From Eledone cirrhosa (Eukaryota), in the NCBI GenBank assembly GCA_964016885.1, contig OZ024746.1, positions 82,336,001 through 82,400,000 on the forward strand: DNA of 64,000 bases, in the 5' to 3' direction. Under the pieces are notes generated by a model. The model was not told where the DNA came from, made no database searches, and saw only the letters and a list, made by a program, of their open reading frames with translations. Both the position numbers and the translations under genes were made by a program. Every line of letters begins with the position of its first letter. The first letter of the stretch is position 1. Of the stretch, positions 49,701 to 62,863 are shown in pieces.

Positions 49701-50973
49701 TGAAGTTAGTGTTACAGATAGTTAAGTTATTTGTGTCGCAGAATTCCAGGATTCTGGAGCCTTCCTCATTTCTAGTACCGAACCCATAGCCTCCATGGAT
49801 TCCGTCATAGCCGTCACAATGTTGTCCAACGTGACCATTTAGGTCGCCTGCAATAACTATATAGTCACTGTCGGTTATTTGGGAGGTAGCGAGCATCAGT
49901 GTCTCGTAGAATCTGTCTTTTATAGCGCGGGGCAGTCCGGATTGGGGTGCGTACGCAGATATTACTGTCACCGTAGTTTTATTGAGGACAAGTCTTATTT
50001 TAATTATTCTGTCGTTCACTCTATTTACGTCTATTATCTTATCTGCCCACTTTTCTGCTACCATGATTCCTACCCCACCCAACCCATTGTCATTTCCCAC
50101 CCAGAAAAGCTTATAGCATCGCTCTTTACCCACGATGAATCTAGCCGACCCTCCCCTCCACCTGGTCTCTTGAATACAACAAACATCGACCTCCTTACGT
50201 TCAAGCATTTCTACAACCTCGTTAGAGCGACCCTTTAAGGTGCCTACATTCATGGTACCAACTCTGAAGTTTTGGATTGCGTTTGGAGGGTGGGAGCAGT
50301 GGGGCGCGGGGGGGGGGATGGGGTTATGTTAGCCATCCTGGGCCGAAACAAGGAGGAGTGCTTGCATTCTCGTCCACGAGGTGAATTTGGCTTTATCTTT
50401 GGCATTGTCGCTGAGCGTCCACATTTTTCTCTCTTCAACTCTCCAGAATTCCGTAGTCCATCCATCATATCGAAAAGCAACCAGTTAAGCGATAGTATGG
50501 GCCTCTGACTTATGATTGGTCCACGTAATAATGGTGGTGCGTGGGGGCGGGAGGGAGGGATGATGGGTTGTTAGCGAGAATGTAAGGTTTAAGATAAGAT
50601 CGCCGTATTTTGGGCATGATTTAACAATAAACGAAAATACAAGATTTGTTTTGTTTAAGAAATTACGGTAGAGAAAATGCGGTGATAGGGGAAATATGAT
50701 TTTTAGAGAAAAGATATGATATAGAATGGTGAAAATATGATATAGTGTGAATTTAGGACATAGAGGTGATTGAATGAATGGGTTCGAATGGAGAGAAGAA
50801 TCGAGAAAAAATTGGGCATAATTTAACAATAAACGAAAATACAAGATTTGTTTTGTTTAAGAAAATACGGTAGAGAAAATGCGGTGATAGGGGAAATATG
50901 ATTTTTAGAGAAAAGATATGATATAGAATGGTGAAAATATGATATAGTGTGAAATTATAGTGTGAAATTATAG
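46731..50973 (-). mobile_element. Apparently full-length RTE-clade LINE (family B, PHD-finger RT)
   Basis: (GAT)n tail at 46731-46747, ~490-nt 3' UTR, 1006-aa ORF and ~700-nt 5' region, with TA arrays on both sides. Confidence 0.92.
47233..50253 (-). CDS. APE endonuclease-reverse transcriptase with internal C4HC3 finger
   Basis: [100 protein letters not shown]. Confidence 0.94.
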   Translation of the reverse strand: MNVGTLKGRSNEVVEMLERKEVDVCCIQETRWRGGSARFIVGKERCYKLFWVGNDNGLGGVGIMVAEKWADKIIDVNRVNDRIIKIRLVLNKTTVTVISAYAPQSGLPRAIKDRFYETLMLATSQITDSDYIVIAGDLNGHVGQHCDGYDGIHGGYGFGTRNEEGSRILEFCDTNNLTICNTNFKKRDNHLITYRSGEHTSQVDYILTRRRDRVSVVNTKSHPHEEFTSQHRLIISDLIVRTRCTRQRKRTILRRKIWKLKDPIARNKFQSKLLDAFDSKEEQLESYNIEEQWEFLRANLLTAADEVCGWSRPVGRRRVTWWWNSKVEESIKAKKQAWKVWRDGGSREDYQVARREARRQVYFARREAEERKFKHVLQREDQKREVFRIARQCVKENRDIVGEKCVLNDDGILAITDADKKVAWKCHYERLLNEENKWEKDSLPQIDPIEGPAVLVEGSIISKAIKDMKTGKAAGPSEIVAEMLKASGSVGHTMVTRIVNQVVQNGVVPKEWRSSIIVNCYKGKGDALDRSNYRGIKLIDQVMKVTEKVIAQLIRERIDLDEMQFGFVSGKSTTDALFIVRQLQEKYLAKSKPLYLAFVDLEKAFDRVPRSIIWWSLRKLGVDEWLVRAIQAMYKETVSKVRINNEYSEEFSVKVGVHQGSVLSPLLFIIALQAITEEFKTGCPWELLYADDLTLIAESMTELEKKFQTWKHGLESKGLKINMAKTKVLVCRKENKAAVPSGKWPCSVCRKGVGRNSILCPKCKVWVHKRCSGITGKLTKNIDFTCGRCSGAISSSKCPQNTSSFNCAEGSKEIVDSFRYLGDKISSGGGCSESTVARVRTGWKKFRDLIPLLAARGFSLKMKGRLYDACIRTAMLHGSETWALCAEDIRRLERNEACMLRWMCNSNIRERQSINELRKKLEIRGIRCCLLERRLRWYGHVMRMKDDSCITKCRAIKIDGSHGVGRPRKTWDELINSDLTRLHLSKTMSLDRDLWRYSVIEKTRLT

Positions 50974-51169
50974 TATATATATATATATGTATGTATATAT
51001 ATATATATGTATGTATATATATATATATGTATGTATATATATATATATGTATGTATATATATATATATGTATGTATATATATATGTATGTATGTGTATAT
51101 ATATATATATGTATGTATATATATATATATATGTATGTATATGTATGTATGTATATGTATATATGTATG

Positions 51170-51254
<85 letters not shown>

Positions 51255-51483
51255 GTATATATGTATATATATGTATGTATATATATGTATATATGTATAT
51301 ATATGTATATATGTATATATATGTATGTATATATATGTATATATGTATATATATGTATATGTATATATGTATATATATGTATGTGTATATATATATATGT
51401 ATATATGTATATATATGTATGTGTATATATATATATATGTATATATGTATATATATGTATATGTATATATGTATATATATGTA

Positions 51484-51530
<47 letters not shown>

Positions 51531-51725
51531 GTATGTGTATATATATATATATGTATATATGTATATATATGTATATGTATATATGTATATATATGTATGT
51601 GTATATATATATATATGTATATATGTATATATATGTATATGTATATATGTATATATATGTATGTGTATATATATATATATGTATATATGTATATATATGT
51701 ATATGTATATATGTATATATATGTA

Positions 51726-51768
<43 letters not shown>

Positions 51769-51787
51769 GTATGTATGTATTTATATG

Positions 51788-51818
<31 letters not shown>
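50974..51818. repeat. (TA)n/(TATG)n array
   Basis: Direct reading. Confidence 0.97.
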
Positions 51819-51820
<2 letters not shown>

Positions 51821-52112
51821 TTCCTAGTAAAATACATTGTATTGTATACCTGGGGGTTAAGGATATTGAAAGCATTTCAATACTCCTTTAATCTAGTCTC
51901 AAGGGCATCTATTTTCGTCCGTTCTTATTTTTCCACATCCTCAAGATAATATGTTATTCTTTTCTTGCCTTCATTTTCATTGTATGTCAGTAAATGAAAA
52001 ACTGTGTATATAGTATGATTTTAATTTCTAATTGAAACCATTTTCTTTTGAGAGAACAGAAATATAACAACTTCTCACATCTTATTTTCTAAAGATTCAC
52101 TGTTATTATGCC

Positions 52113-52157
<45 letters not shown>

Positions 52158-53748
52158 GAGTTTTTACTTTTGGCACAAGGCCAATGATTACCCCAAATAA
52201 TGGTTTGTTTGATGATGGTGGTGATAATAATAATAATGATGATGATGATGATAATTATTTTTAAAATTTTGAATAAAATGCCTTTCCTTTGTCATAATTG
52301 TGATAATAGTGATGATGATGATGATAACAATAATGCTTATTTTTAGAATTTTGTAAAAAATGCCTTTCTTTAGTCATGTCCCATTATGTTCTAGGTTTAA
52401 ATCCAACTGGAATTGACTTTGTTTTTTCTTTTTTTTTTTCGGGTGGGTGTCCATAAATTAAACACCAGTTGTCAACCCTTTTGTTACCATATTTCTTGTG
52501 AAAGACATAGCCTATAATTTTGAAAATAATCAACACTTTGGAGGGATTTAGTAATATAACTAATATTCTCATTGTTATGCTTATGTTTAGAACATAACAA
52601 ATGTTCTTACTTAAAATTATGATGGAAGGTTTTTAGATAAATTATTATAATCATCACCATGATTTTTATGTCTGTTTTCCACACTAGTATAGTCTGAAAC
52701 CAGATGGATCTGAGTGACCAATCTTGCATTTGGCATGGTTTCTATGGCTGCATGCCCTTCCTAACACTTTACAGGGTGAACTGGGTGCATTTTATCATGG
52801 CACTAGCACTAGAGAGGTTAGGCGTGACTGAAGAGTCTCTCCAAACCTTACATTGTTTCCATTTGATTGCCAAACACTGTAACCTCTGGTGCAGCAGTGC
52901 TTGAACTGGTGGATAGGTCTTTTGTACTATGGTATATCATCAGTATGCTCAATTTGTCTTGCTAATACAGTTGCATGAAGTACAGGATGTTAAGAGTTAA
53001 TAGTATGAAATGAAATTCATGAACCACTCAAATGGCTCACTAGATACTGTTCATATATTCTGTTATCAAAATAATATAATTAATGCTTGTAACAAAATCA
53101 TAGTAGCTAGAGTAAGGTAGTGTTGAAAGAAGTTGAAGGACCTGTTAGATCTGTCAGCAACAAAAGTGTTCTCTTTCCATGCCAAAAGATTTCATAAATC
53201 ATGTATAAGAAGTGTGATGTTGCATATTTGTTAAAAATCATAATCATCTCTGTTTTTACTTTCCATGCTGACATGAGCTGGACGGGTTATCACAGTCAGG
53301 ATCAGTTTTTACTTGAAGTTACTACCCTCCTGACTAGTCAGGGACAATGTCTCACTCATATGTTCCCTTTTTCACATAGTTTCTATGACCTGATACCCTT
53401 TTTAATGTCAAACATTCATTATTATTCACTCTTGAATTACTGTTTTCAACATATGACAACTTAATAATGCATAGTAAATGGTGTCTTAGTTAAAAATTAT
53501 AATTTATTCATAAAGAGACCATTTAATCCGTAAGACATTAGCTTCTAATTATCTCATGAATTGAAACAGCATCTTTATTCTGATATAATTTTATAAAGAA
53601 CAGTTATAAAATCAAGTTTCCTAGGTGATGTCAGCCACTAGAACGTTGCATTATGAGTATTCATGAGTGAAGAGTTTGCAGTATTATGCTAAAGTACTAA
53701 GCAGATGTAGATTGATATTTCACATCATTCTCACTGCTTTCTTTTCCT

Positions 53749-54030
53749 GAACCCTTTCATTGCCATATTTCTAATCAAAGATATCATCAACATCATAGTT
53801 TTTACATGTATTTTACCAAGCTTGCATGGGTTACACTGCCTATTATTTTCAAATAATTTGAAAAATAGAGGGATTTAGTAATATAACTAAATTTTCCAAT
53901 TTTCATCTGGTGTTTAGCGCATAACTTAAGAAAAGTTATGATGGAAAGTTTTTAGATAAACACTTCAGAATAAAGTTTTGTATCATAGAACCAGAGCCAG
54001 TTTCAGGCAGCCTGGTATTAAAAGGGTTAA
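53749..54030. mobile_element. Degenerate TTAA/CCC-type (piggyBac-like) MITE; relatives at ~52471-52640 and ~56180-56396
   Basis: Ends aaccctttcattgccata ... ggtattaaaagggttaa. The internal gggatttagtaatataactaa and ttatgatggaa.gtttttagataaa segments are shared with the 52.5 kb copy. Confidence 0.5.
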
Positions 54031-55049
54031 TTTCTGTTTGTTAATGTACAGTCTTAATTAATAACATATGTCTTTATGAAATTCTCTATACATATTCTTC
54101 TTGAAATACTAAAATAAAAGACCATCTCTTTAATCTTTTTTTTATATCATTCAATTTTCTATTTATTCATTAAAAAATTGTTTATGATTTTATGCATTAA
54201 TGTTTGTGTTGCCTCTGCTTTTTCTCTGAATAATGATATTCATTCTAAAATAGGCACTAAGCCAGAAATTCAAGGAAGTATGTTAGTCAATTACTTTCAC
54301 CCCCAGTACTTAACAGCTACTATATTTTATTAACCCTGGAAGTATGAATGAAAAAGTCAACTTCACTAGGATTTGAACTCAGCACATAAAGAGCTGAATT
54401 AATAATGTGTCCAATGATAATAATTTTGTCCAATGCTTTAACAATTCTGCCAATCCACTACAACAATGATGATGGAGTAGTGTTCCAATTTCCCATTGTG
54501 GAAGCCATGTAGTTGTATAAATCAATCCATACATAGAAGGAAGAAAGGTGTGTGTATAGAGAAAGAAGAAAGGTACATATACATATGCAGAAGGAAGAAT
54601 AGTATAGTTGGCCAAGTTGAAATTAGGACTTTGATATATAAAACACTAAAATTGATAAAGTAAAGCATTTCATTCAACTTGTTACTTCTGCATCATCTTC
54701 AATGGTAGTTTGATTGATATAACAGTTGCCTGATTAAACTATGAATTAATATCATTCATGTTTAACAGCATCCTGAAGCTGATTAGTTGTTTTCTTCCAG
54801 GTCATGCGTACACTTTCCAGTACAAATGTTTGACTGCACCCATTGACAAGAGTTGAACTTCACTTGCATGAAGCCACTTAACTAATTATGGATCTATTAT
54901 GCTGATGTTCCTCTGCACGCATATCTTTTTACAAGCATCATTATTTTTTTTCCCATTTCAATTTTAGCTGCTTTGAAAATTATTTAAATGATAATATAAT
55001 ATAAAAAGAAATGAAAATAATTCTGAAAATCTCTTTGCTCCATTTACAG

Positions 55050-55108
55050 TAAAAATGCCATATTTGATAACTTGAAAGCAATTCGAGGAGGAATACCACT
55101 CGTGTTCC
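55050..55108 (+). CDS. Next coding exon of the same glucose-6-phosphate 1-epimerase
   Basis: Acceptor ctccatttacag| and donor |gtaagt. The first T completes AG|T (Ser) from the upstream exon, then KNAIFDNLKAIRGGIPLVF(P), containing the diagnostic KAIRGGIP motif. Confidence 0.92.
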
Positions 55109-58100
55109 GTAAGTATAAAACATTGAGTTACTTATATAATTCTTTCATCCTCTCACCAGTGTGACAGGAATCTCTGTTTTAATTGAACTAAAATAGCCAT
55201 GATAAAACATATTGGTTTTAGCCTCAGAACATTTTATCACAAGTTAAGCCACTAATTCTCCACATTGAGAGATCACAGTCCAGGCACTATGAACATGTCA
55301 TTAGAATGTGTAAGAAAAGAATGACTGGATAAGATAGATTTTACAGGCAAAGTCAACTGGCAAGAGACTCAGAGTTAGACCATGAGCAACATGGTTGGAT
55401 AATATACATAAGCTCAGTTGGTTTGTCATGGGGATCTAGCCAAATCATTTGGAGCCAGTTGTTTCTGATAGGACCCCCTGGAAGGTGTGTCTGAGAGCCC
55501 TGTGTCCTTAGGAATAAGTGGGAGATGAAGATGATGATGTCCTCTGACGCTAGATTTTTATTAGCAGAAAGGTCAACAGGAATAAGTTAACTATTTGCTG
55601 TGAAATGAAAAGCAAAATGAAAAAAATGTTTTCACTTTTAAATCTGATCTGGATTATCAATCCTATTCATTTAACATAAATCTTATTCTTATGAGTGTTC
55701 AGAAACTGTCTAAAAACACTGATTGTTTCATACATTCAGTTTATGTATTGGAATTAGAATTTGTCTCTCCTTCATTCTAAAATAATTGAAAACTGTTGTG
55801 TAAGTGTATCAAATTCATGTTTCTGCTTATGTATTTTTAATCTATTCTACTGATAATTGTACTAAAAAAAGGTGTCAGGGATTTTCTTTTATCTTTCATT
55901 TGTTTAATGTTGCAGAATCCAGAGTTAAGCACTATTGACCTTATAGATCTTTGTAATTCATGAATAGATAAACTTTAAACTACTGACATAATCTTTGAAA
56001 GGTTGTTATAAAATAGTGAATGAATGTACACTGTTAAACACTCAGTGGCAAGCCAAAAATAATCTTTTTGTAATCCTAACATCTACAGCCTAAATTCTCT
56101 GAGAGAAAATTAAAAAGTAGGTTTATTATAAGGCTGTTTCCACTCACCTATTGTTTATCATATACGGTGGTATGAAATGTTAACTCTTTTGATACCAACC
56201 CCCGAAACTGCCTTTGATTCTAGGAGATAGAACTACTCATATTGAAGAGTTCCAAGATAATTTTATATAAGAACCATATGTTAAGTTACAATCTTAATAA
56301 TGAAATAATTAATAATTTTTGTAAATCTCTCAAAATTCTTCACTAATTAATTGAAATAGGGGTATTTCATTAGATATATGACCATGAATGAGTTAAGGGA
56401 CCAGAAAACTTACCCAATGAAAAATGTTGTCTCTAGATGAATATTTACCTTCTCAAAATTATATAATGTAATTACATTACTTCGAGAAAGAGGGTTGACA
56501 TCTGATTTCTGGTTTGAGAATAAGATCTATGGTTTATGTGTTATTAAGATGTGGTGTGTTGAGTCTAAGATTGAAAGCATGATAGAAAAAAGGAAGAAGA
56601 ATTATCCAATGGATTTTATTTTGTTTTTTTTATTAAATAACTGTGCATATATATGCCTTATCAATAAAATATATGTATTCTGTCATCAAATAAAATAAAC
56701 AATTTATTAAAAATGATTAAATGTTTCATTAGTGTAGTGTTAGCTGGTTATAGTAAGGTGCATGTGTGTTGGGTCACTTCTATTGCACAACTACTTCTCT
56801 TAAAAAATAATTTTATTATTTAATTTATTAGAATGGCTCAATAACAGAAATATGCAGTTTCATTTTCCACCTACACCTATCAATTTCAGCTAGTTGCATT
56901 TATAATTACAAATCCGATTATATTTATAATTCCTGTCTATTATGCGGTTAAGCCTGGACAGGCAGACATTTTAAATGTGGCTTTTATAGGTTAGGACAGA
57001 ATTAGCTCACTTATTTCTGGAAGGCATTTAGTAAGTGCAGCATGCTTTTGAACTGTCTACTAAAGAAAATTACACAGAAGGAAATATCTTTTTTTCATGT
57101 TATGCCTATGAGAAAGTAACCTGTTATTATGGACATTGAATGCTCTATAAAAACAATCATTAATAGTTATTTGTGTAAAACTGTATTCATCCAACGTCTC
57201 ACATTGAAACATATCAAGTTCATTTTCTAATGTTAATCTTTACTTATCACAAATACATAAAATCTCTTAACAAAAAAATTGTTGTTTATTTGTTTTGTAT
57301 TTTCTCTTTCATTTGAAATAATTTTTACTAGATTTCTTTAGTGACTGTAATATTTGAAATTTTTTATTTTGCTGGAGGTATTTTAGTTTTTGTTTTTTTG
57401 GTTTGTTTTTTTTTATCTTATACTACATAAAAATATATAAGAAAGCAGAGAAAAGAATTTAGTTTGATAAATCCATCTTTAATATGCCAAATATTAATTT
57501 TTTTCATTAACAAGACATGATATAAAACTAATTAGATATAGTCGCATTAGTGACTATCTACTGATTCATATAGAATTTTTAAATGTGTGTATTTTGTTGT
57601 TTCTTATGAGTAATAATATGTTAACAGCATATCAACCTCTCTTGTGTTGGTGATCTACACAATAAATGCACCTAGTACACTCTGTAAAGTGGTTGGTGAT
57701 AGGAAAGGCATCCAGCCATAAAAAAAACCCTGGTAAGAAAAAGGTTGGAAAGACTTTTCAGTACATTCTGTAAGATAGTTGGTGACAGGAAGGGTATCCA
57801 GCCATAGAAGACCTGCCAAACAAAGGGTCGGGAGGACTTTTCAGCTATGTCAGATAATGTTTGGAACATAACAAAGGTTCCTACATAAAATTATGATAGG
57901 TTTTTAGATAAATATAAACACTTTAAAATAAACAACTTTGTATTGTCAGAACAAGGATGATTTCAGGCAGTTTGGTATCCATCAAACATGCCTGCTTGGT
58001 AAAAATATCATGTCACTATTCTTGATTTAGCCAGGATGAGCAGGTTAAGTTCTTGGCAACACAAAGTGATGATGAAATACAAACCATTGCCTTTGCTGGT

Positions 58101-58431
58101 TGTGACTGTATTTTAACTAAATCGAAACTTAGAAATAACTGTTAATTTCTTCAAATATAACCCAAGCTACTTAATCATTTTTAAATTACTGTTTTGAATC
58201 TAGTGAGAAAATGTCATTCAAATTATGTAGAAAGTAATTGAATATTTTAATGTTCTTTGCATTCTATCATACAAATGTTGCTATCTTAGAAGCATTAATG
58301 ATGATTTACATTACTGTGTAAAAGAAACATTTGCGTTTACTTGTTTCATGTAGGTGCTGTTGTTTTTATTTATTTTTAAGTAAAATGTCAAGTCTTTTTG
58401 TTCCTGCTAAATATTTCATAATTGAGACATT

Positions 58432-60340
58432 CATCATCATCATCACCGTTTTACATCCGTTCTTCCACGCTAGCATGGGTTAGACGGGTTGTCCTGTTTC
58501 ATGTAGGTGCTGTTGTTTTTATTTATTTTTAAGTAAAATGTCGAGTCTTTTTGTTCCTGCTAAATATTTCATAATTGAGACATTCATCATCATCATCATC
58601 ACCGTTTTACATCCGTTCTTCCACGCTAGCATGGGTTAGACGGGTTGTCCTGTTGTGGGAAGTGTCTGGTCGGCTGACCATGCCTTGCTCATACAGGAAC
58701 TGATTTGGCTTGATTTCTACAGCTGGATGCCCTTCCTAGCACCAACCTCATTTACAGTGAGTGCTGGGTGCTTTTTCATGGCGCCTACACGTCCACTTTA
58801 CAGTGTGAGCTGGGTGCTTTTTTGCCGTGGCACCTCCACGACCACCTTGCAGTGGGAGGGTGTGGGGGCATATTGTCTATATGCTTCAGCTTGTACCCAT
58901 GGGAGGTCGGGTATTCTGTATTACTGCGTGACGCCAGAGGTCACGGTCGTGTGTCATCGCCTTTGAGGTGTAATTGGGTAAGGTTGGCTTTTATCACCTC
59001 ATCCCAGGTCATCTTGGGTCTTCCCACTCCGCGGTTTCCATCGACTTCTAGTGCTCTGCACCTTTTTATGCAGCTGTTATCCTTCATACGCATCACATGT
59101 CCATACCAACGCATCCGCCTCTCCTGCACACAGCATTTGATTCCTCTTATGCTCAGTCTCTCTCTCAATTCATTTATGCTTTGTCGTTCGCGTATATTAC
59201 TATTACACATCCATCGGAGCATGCAGGCTTCGTTTCTCTCTAATCTACGTAAGTCTTCCACCTTCAGCGCCCAGGTCTCACTACCATGTAACATTGCTGT
59301 TCGGATACACGCATCATACATCCTGCCTTTCATTTTGAGGGAGAAGCCTTTTGCAGCTAGCAGTGGTAGTAGTTCCCTGAACTTCTTCCATCCCGTTCTT
59401 ACCCTAGTTATTGTACTTTCTGAACACCCACCTCCGCTGCTAATTCGGTCACCTAGGTAGCAGAAGCTGTCTATTGTTTCTACAGAGCCCTCCCAGAGAT
59501 TGGTGGTACTTGTTTCCTGTGGCTGTTTGCTGCTTGCTGTCCCAGTACAGCTGCTGCATGTGAAGCCTACATTCTTAATTAAGCTTCCTGAGATCCCGCT
59601 ACATCTCTTGTGTACACATTGTTTGCATTTGGGGCAGAGAATGGAGTTCCTACCTACACCTTTCCTACATACAGAGCAAGGCCATTTTCCTGAGGGGATC
59701 TGGGTTCTGTTTTCTCGTCTACTTACAAGGACCTTAGTCTTTGTCATGTTGACTTTGAGACCCTTTCTTTCTAGTCCCTGCTTCCAAGTTTGGAATTTCT
59801 TCTCTAGTTCTACCATAGATTCAGCTATAAGTGTGAGGTCATCAGCATACAGGAGTTCCCATGGGCATCCGGTCTTAAACTCCTCTGTTATTGCCTGCAG
59901 GACTATGATGAACAGGAGAGGGCTAAGAACAGAGCCCTAGTGGACCCCAACCTGTACGCTAAGTTCCTCGCTATACTCATTGCTAATCCTAACTTTGCTG
60001 ACTGCTCCCCTATACATGGCTTGTACAGCTTTCACAAGCGATTCATCTACTCCTAGTTTTCTAAGAGCCCACCAGATTACAGCATGTGGAACTCTGTCAA
60101 AGGCTTTCTCGAGATCGACGAATGCCAGGTAGAGTGGCTTACTTTTAGCTAGGTACTTTTCCTGTAACTGCCTCACAAGGGCATCAGTGGTGCCTCTTCC
60201 TGGTACAAACCCAAATTGCATCTCATCTAGTTTCACCCGGTCCCTAATCAACTGTGCTATAACTCTTTCTGTTACTTTCATGACTTGGTCAATCAGCTTT
60301 ATACCTCTATAGTTTCCTCTATCGAGTGCATCACCTTTAC
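58432..60340 (-). pseudogene. Diverged, 5'-truncated RTE(PHD) subfamily copy with a nonsense codon
   Basis: ORFs 59937-60365 and 58941-59816 are one RT split by CAG>TAG in the VHQG motif. The PHD insert (CSVC..CPKC..HKRC..CSSC) and a (GAT)n tail are present. Confidence 0.88.
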
Positions 60341-60529
60341 TACATTTACAATATTGCAATTTCAAGTTCTATATCTTTATTATTTGATCAGGAAGTTTGT
60401 ATCATATCTAATGACAAATGATATCTTTATTTATTTAGTTATATTATGACTTGCTAAGATTTAATAAATTCATAATTAGTAAGAAAAATTACAGAATTTA
60501 AACTTAGTTATTTTACGTATATTATTTTC

Positions 60530-61127
60530 AAGATAAAAAAGAATCATCAATACTCCACCAACATGCTAAAATAGAACATAAGGGCAAATTAGAGAACATA
60601 GAAATAAAAATAGAATCTACACACAGAAAAGACGCAATGTTTAGATAAATCACAGAGGCAATAAACATAAATGAACTCCAATCAAAATTAAATAGAAAAC
60701 ATGAATGGAATAGCAACATCACAACTTACAATTAAGGGCAAAATGAAAACACACACACACATAGAACAAACAACCAACCAGTAACATGTAAATAAACAAA
60801 TAAATAAACAAATAAAAACACACACAGACACCCGGATGTAACACATGTGCAAACTAAGCACACAACACACACAAAAACAAGATGGCGTAGGACAGAACAA
60901 AGGAGAGGCACAAAACAAAGAAAAGAATCCCCAGTCACTGAAGAGGTCACAGAATGTGTGACGAAAGAACTTTGACAATATATGAACAGCCGTCCGGTTG
61001 TAAAACCAACCAACCGGAAATTTATAAATTCTTAAATTTATAAATTTAATTTATAATAAATTGAAGTGAAAGCAACTGGTGCGTGTGTTTCTTATTGGCA
61101 ACATGACCCTCCCAAAGTATAACAATA
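60530..61127 (+). mobile_element. Penelope-like element 3' end (GIY-YIG C-terminus plus pLTR), possibly Naiad-type
   Basis: Translation DKKESSILHQHAKIEHKGKLENIEIKIESTHRKDAMFR*ITEAININELQSKLNRKHEWNS matches the PLE GIY-YIG C-terminus (S.L..H....H / R.I.EA..I / LN...EW). A hammerhead lies downstream. Confidence 0.78.
60934..60976 (+). ncRNA. Type I hammerhead ribozyme (Penelope-associated minimal form)
   Basis: Stem I GTCA/TGAC, core CTGAAGA, stem II GTCACA/TGTGAC, GAAA, mini stem III AG-aa-CT, and cleavage triplet CUU. Confidence 0.8.
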
Positions 61128-62863
61128 TCGGTTTCAACACACGTTTTCAGATAAAGAATCTTGCTAAACAAATTCAGAAACAAAATTTTTTTTTTTTTTT
61201 TTTTAAATAATTTACTCATAATATACTTAATATTATTAATCTTGAAGGAAATAAGAAACATTTTTGAATGAAAACAAATGTCAGTCTGACTGAATGCTGT
61301 ATAACTGAGATGCTCAAATAATTTAAATATGATTATACTAAATATTACTCTGTAATTGTTAAAGTACTTGCCCTACACCACCAACAACAAGAAGTGTTTT
61401 AAGATCCCACAACAGGCTTCATACTCATTATGGGATCCTTTTTAGTTTTACCAAATGTTTTAAAGTGAATTTCTCTATGAACTTTTTGTATCTTGACTCA
61501 ACAGGAAATAAGTCCAAAATTTCCACTAGACTTTCTGATCTATGATATTTAACATAACATTGTGCATGTCTGACTAAGAGATTCATTAAACAAATCATAT
61601 TATAATCTCAATACTTTATCACCCCATTCATACATACACACAGACAATAAAATATGATCAGTAAGCTGAGTTGTTTTAACAGTCTACGACAGCATCAAGG
61701 GTACTAATGAAATTTAACACAGCCTCTGGTGTTGCATGATATGCCTAAAACTGAAGGCGAAAAATTACTCAGAATATGAACTTTGTGGCGAGCTCCATCG
61801 ATTTCCAGGATGTTTAGGGCCTGAGTAATGATTGGTCAGTGGGAAAAATTCAAAAGTACCTGCAATGCTGTCGTAGACTGGATGTAAAATTATAGTAGAA
61901 TCAACAAATATGGTTGCAGTATGCAATTTGACAAATACATGACATACTTTGCTATCAGTTTCCACTCTGTATCCTACAATATTGATTACTAAGGAGTGTA
62001 TACTAACCTAGAAGTTAGTGTAATAATTCATAGTAGCATCGGGTCACTCACCCAGGCTATTTATCAAATATAAAATCTATCTTTTGGATATTTATCAAAA
62101 GACTCTAGCACTTTATGTCACTGATTATTTTTCTTTCTGTTTCTGTGAATACATGCACATGCTCACATGTTAACTCCTATTGTCCTGTACTACATAAAAC
62201 CACATTAGCAAGACTGCATCTCATTAACAATTCTAGTCTATACTTTAGTTTACTGTAAATTTTTTCAAAGATCTATCCACCAGTAAAGATACTATAAACA
62301 TTTGAATTAACAAACCTGTTTTTAGATATTTTCTGCTAAATCTTTGCAAGATGTTAAGAGTTAAAATGGTTCTAAACAATTTCTTTAACTCACGTTTAAC
62401 CTACTACCCCCACCCCCCACCCCACACTCAAATTTCTGTCTGTTAATTTCTTTACTTAGAGCAGTCTATTATTTGTAATTTATATTTTTCTGTGACATTG
62501 TAAAACCTAATAAATAATTGCCACCCGTTTTATTGCCATGCTGTTTTATTATGAACTACAGAGTTCTTATAAAACCTAGTTTAATAGCTTAGCTGGTATT
62601 AGACGCTTTGCTAGCTCTGATAATAGTGTTTTAATTAAAGGTATTTGGTATATAATTAATGAATTCTAATGTGAAAGAACTTTGCACTTCCTATTAAGTC
62701 TAAACTAAAATGTATACACTCAAGAAGAAACATTTAAAGCCTGTAATTTTAAAAGAAATGTTTGATTACATTTACATGTCTTTACATGATATTAAAACTT
62801 TTGTAAAATGAAATAATAACAAACAAAATGTTCTTCCTAGACAGTACAACAGCATTCTATTAA

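Noticed and set aside
55905-55960. Possible acceptor ttgcag at ~55915 as the next epimerase exon
   Set aside because: It does not give the expected P-x-FG continuation, and no convincing coding motif follows.
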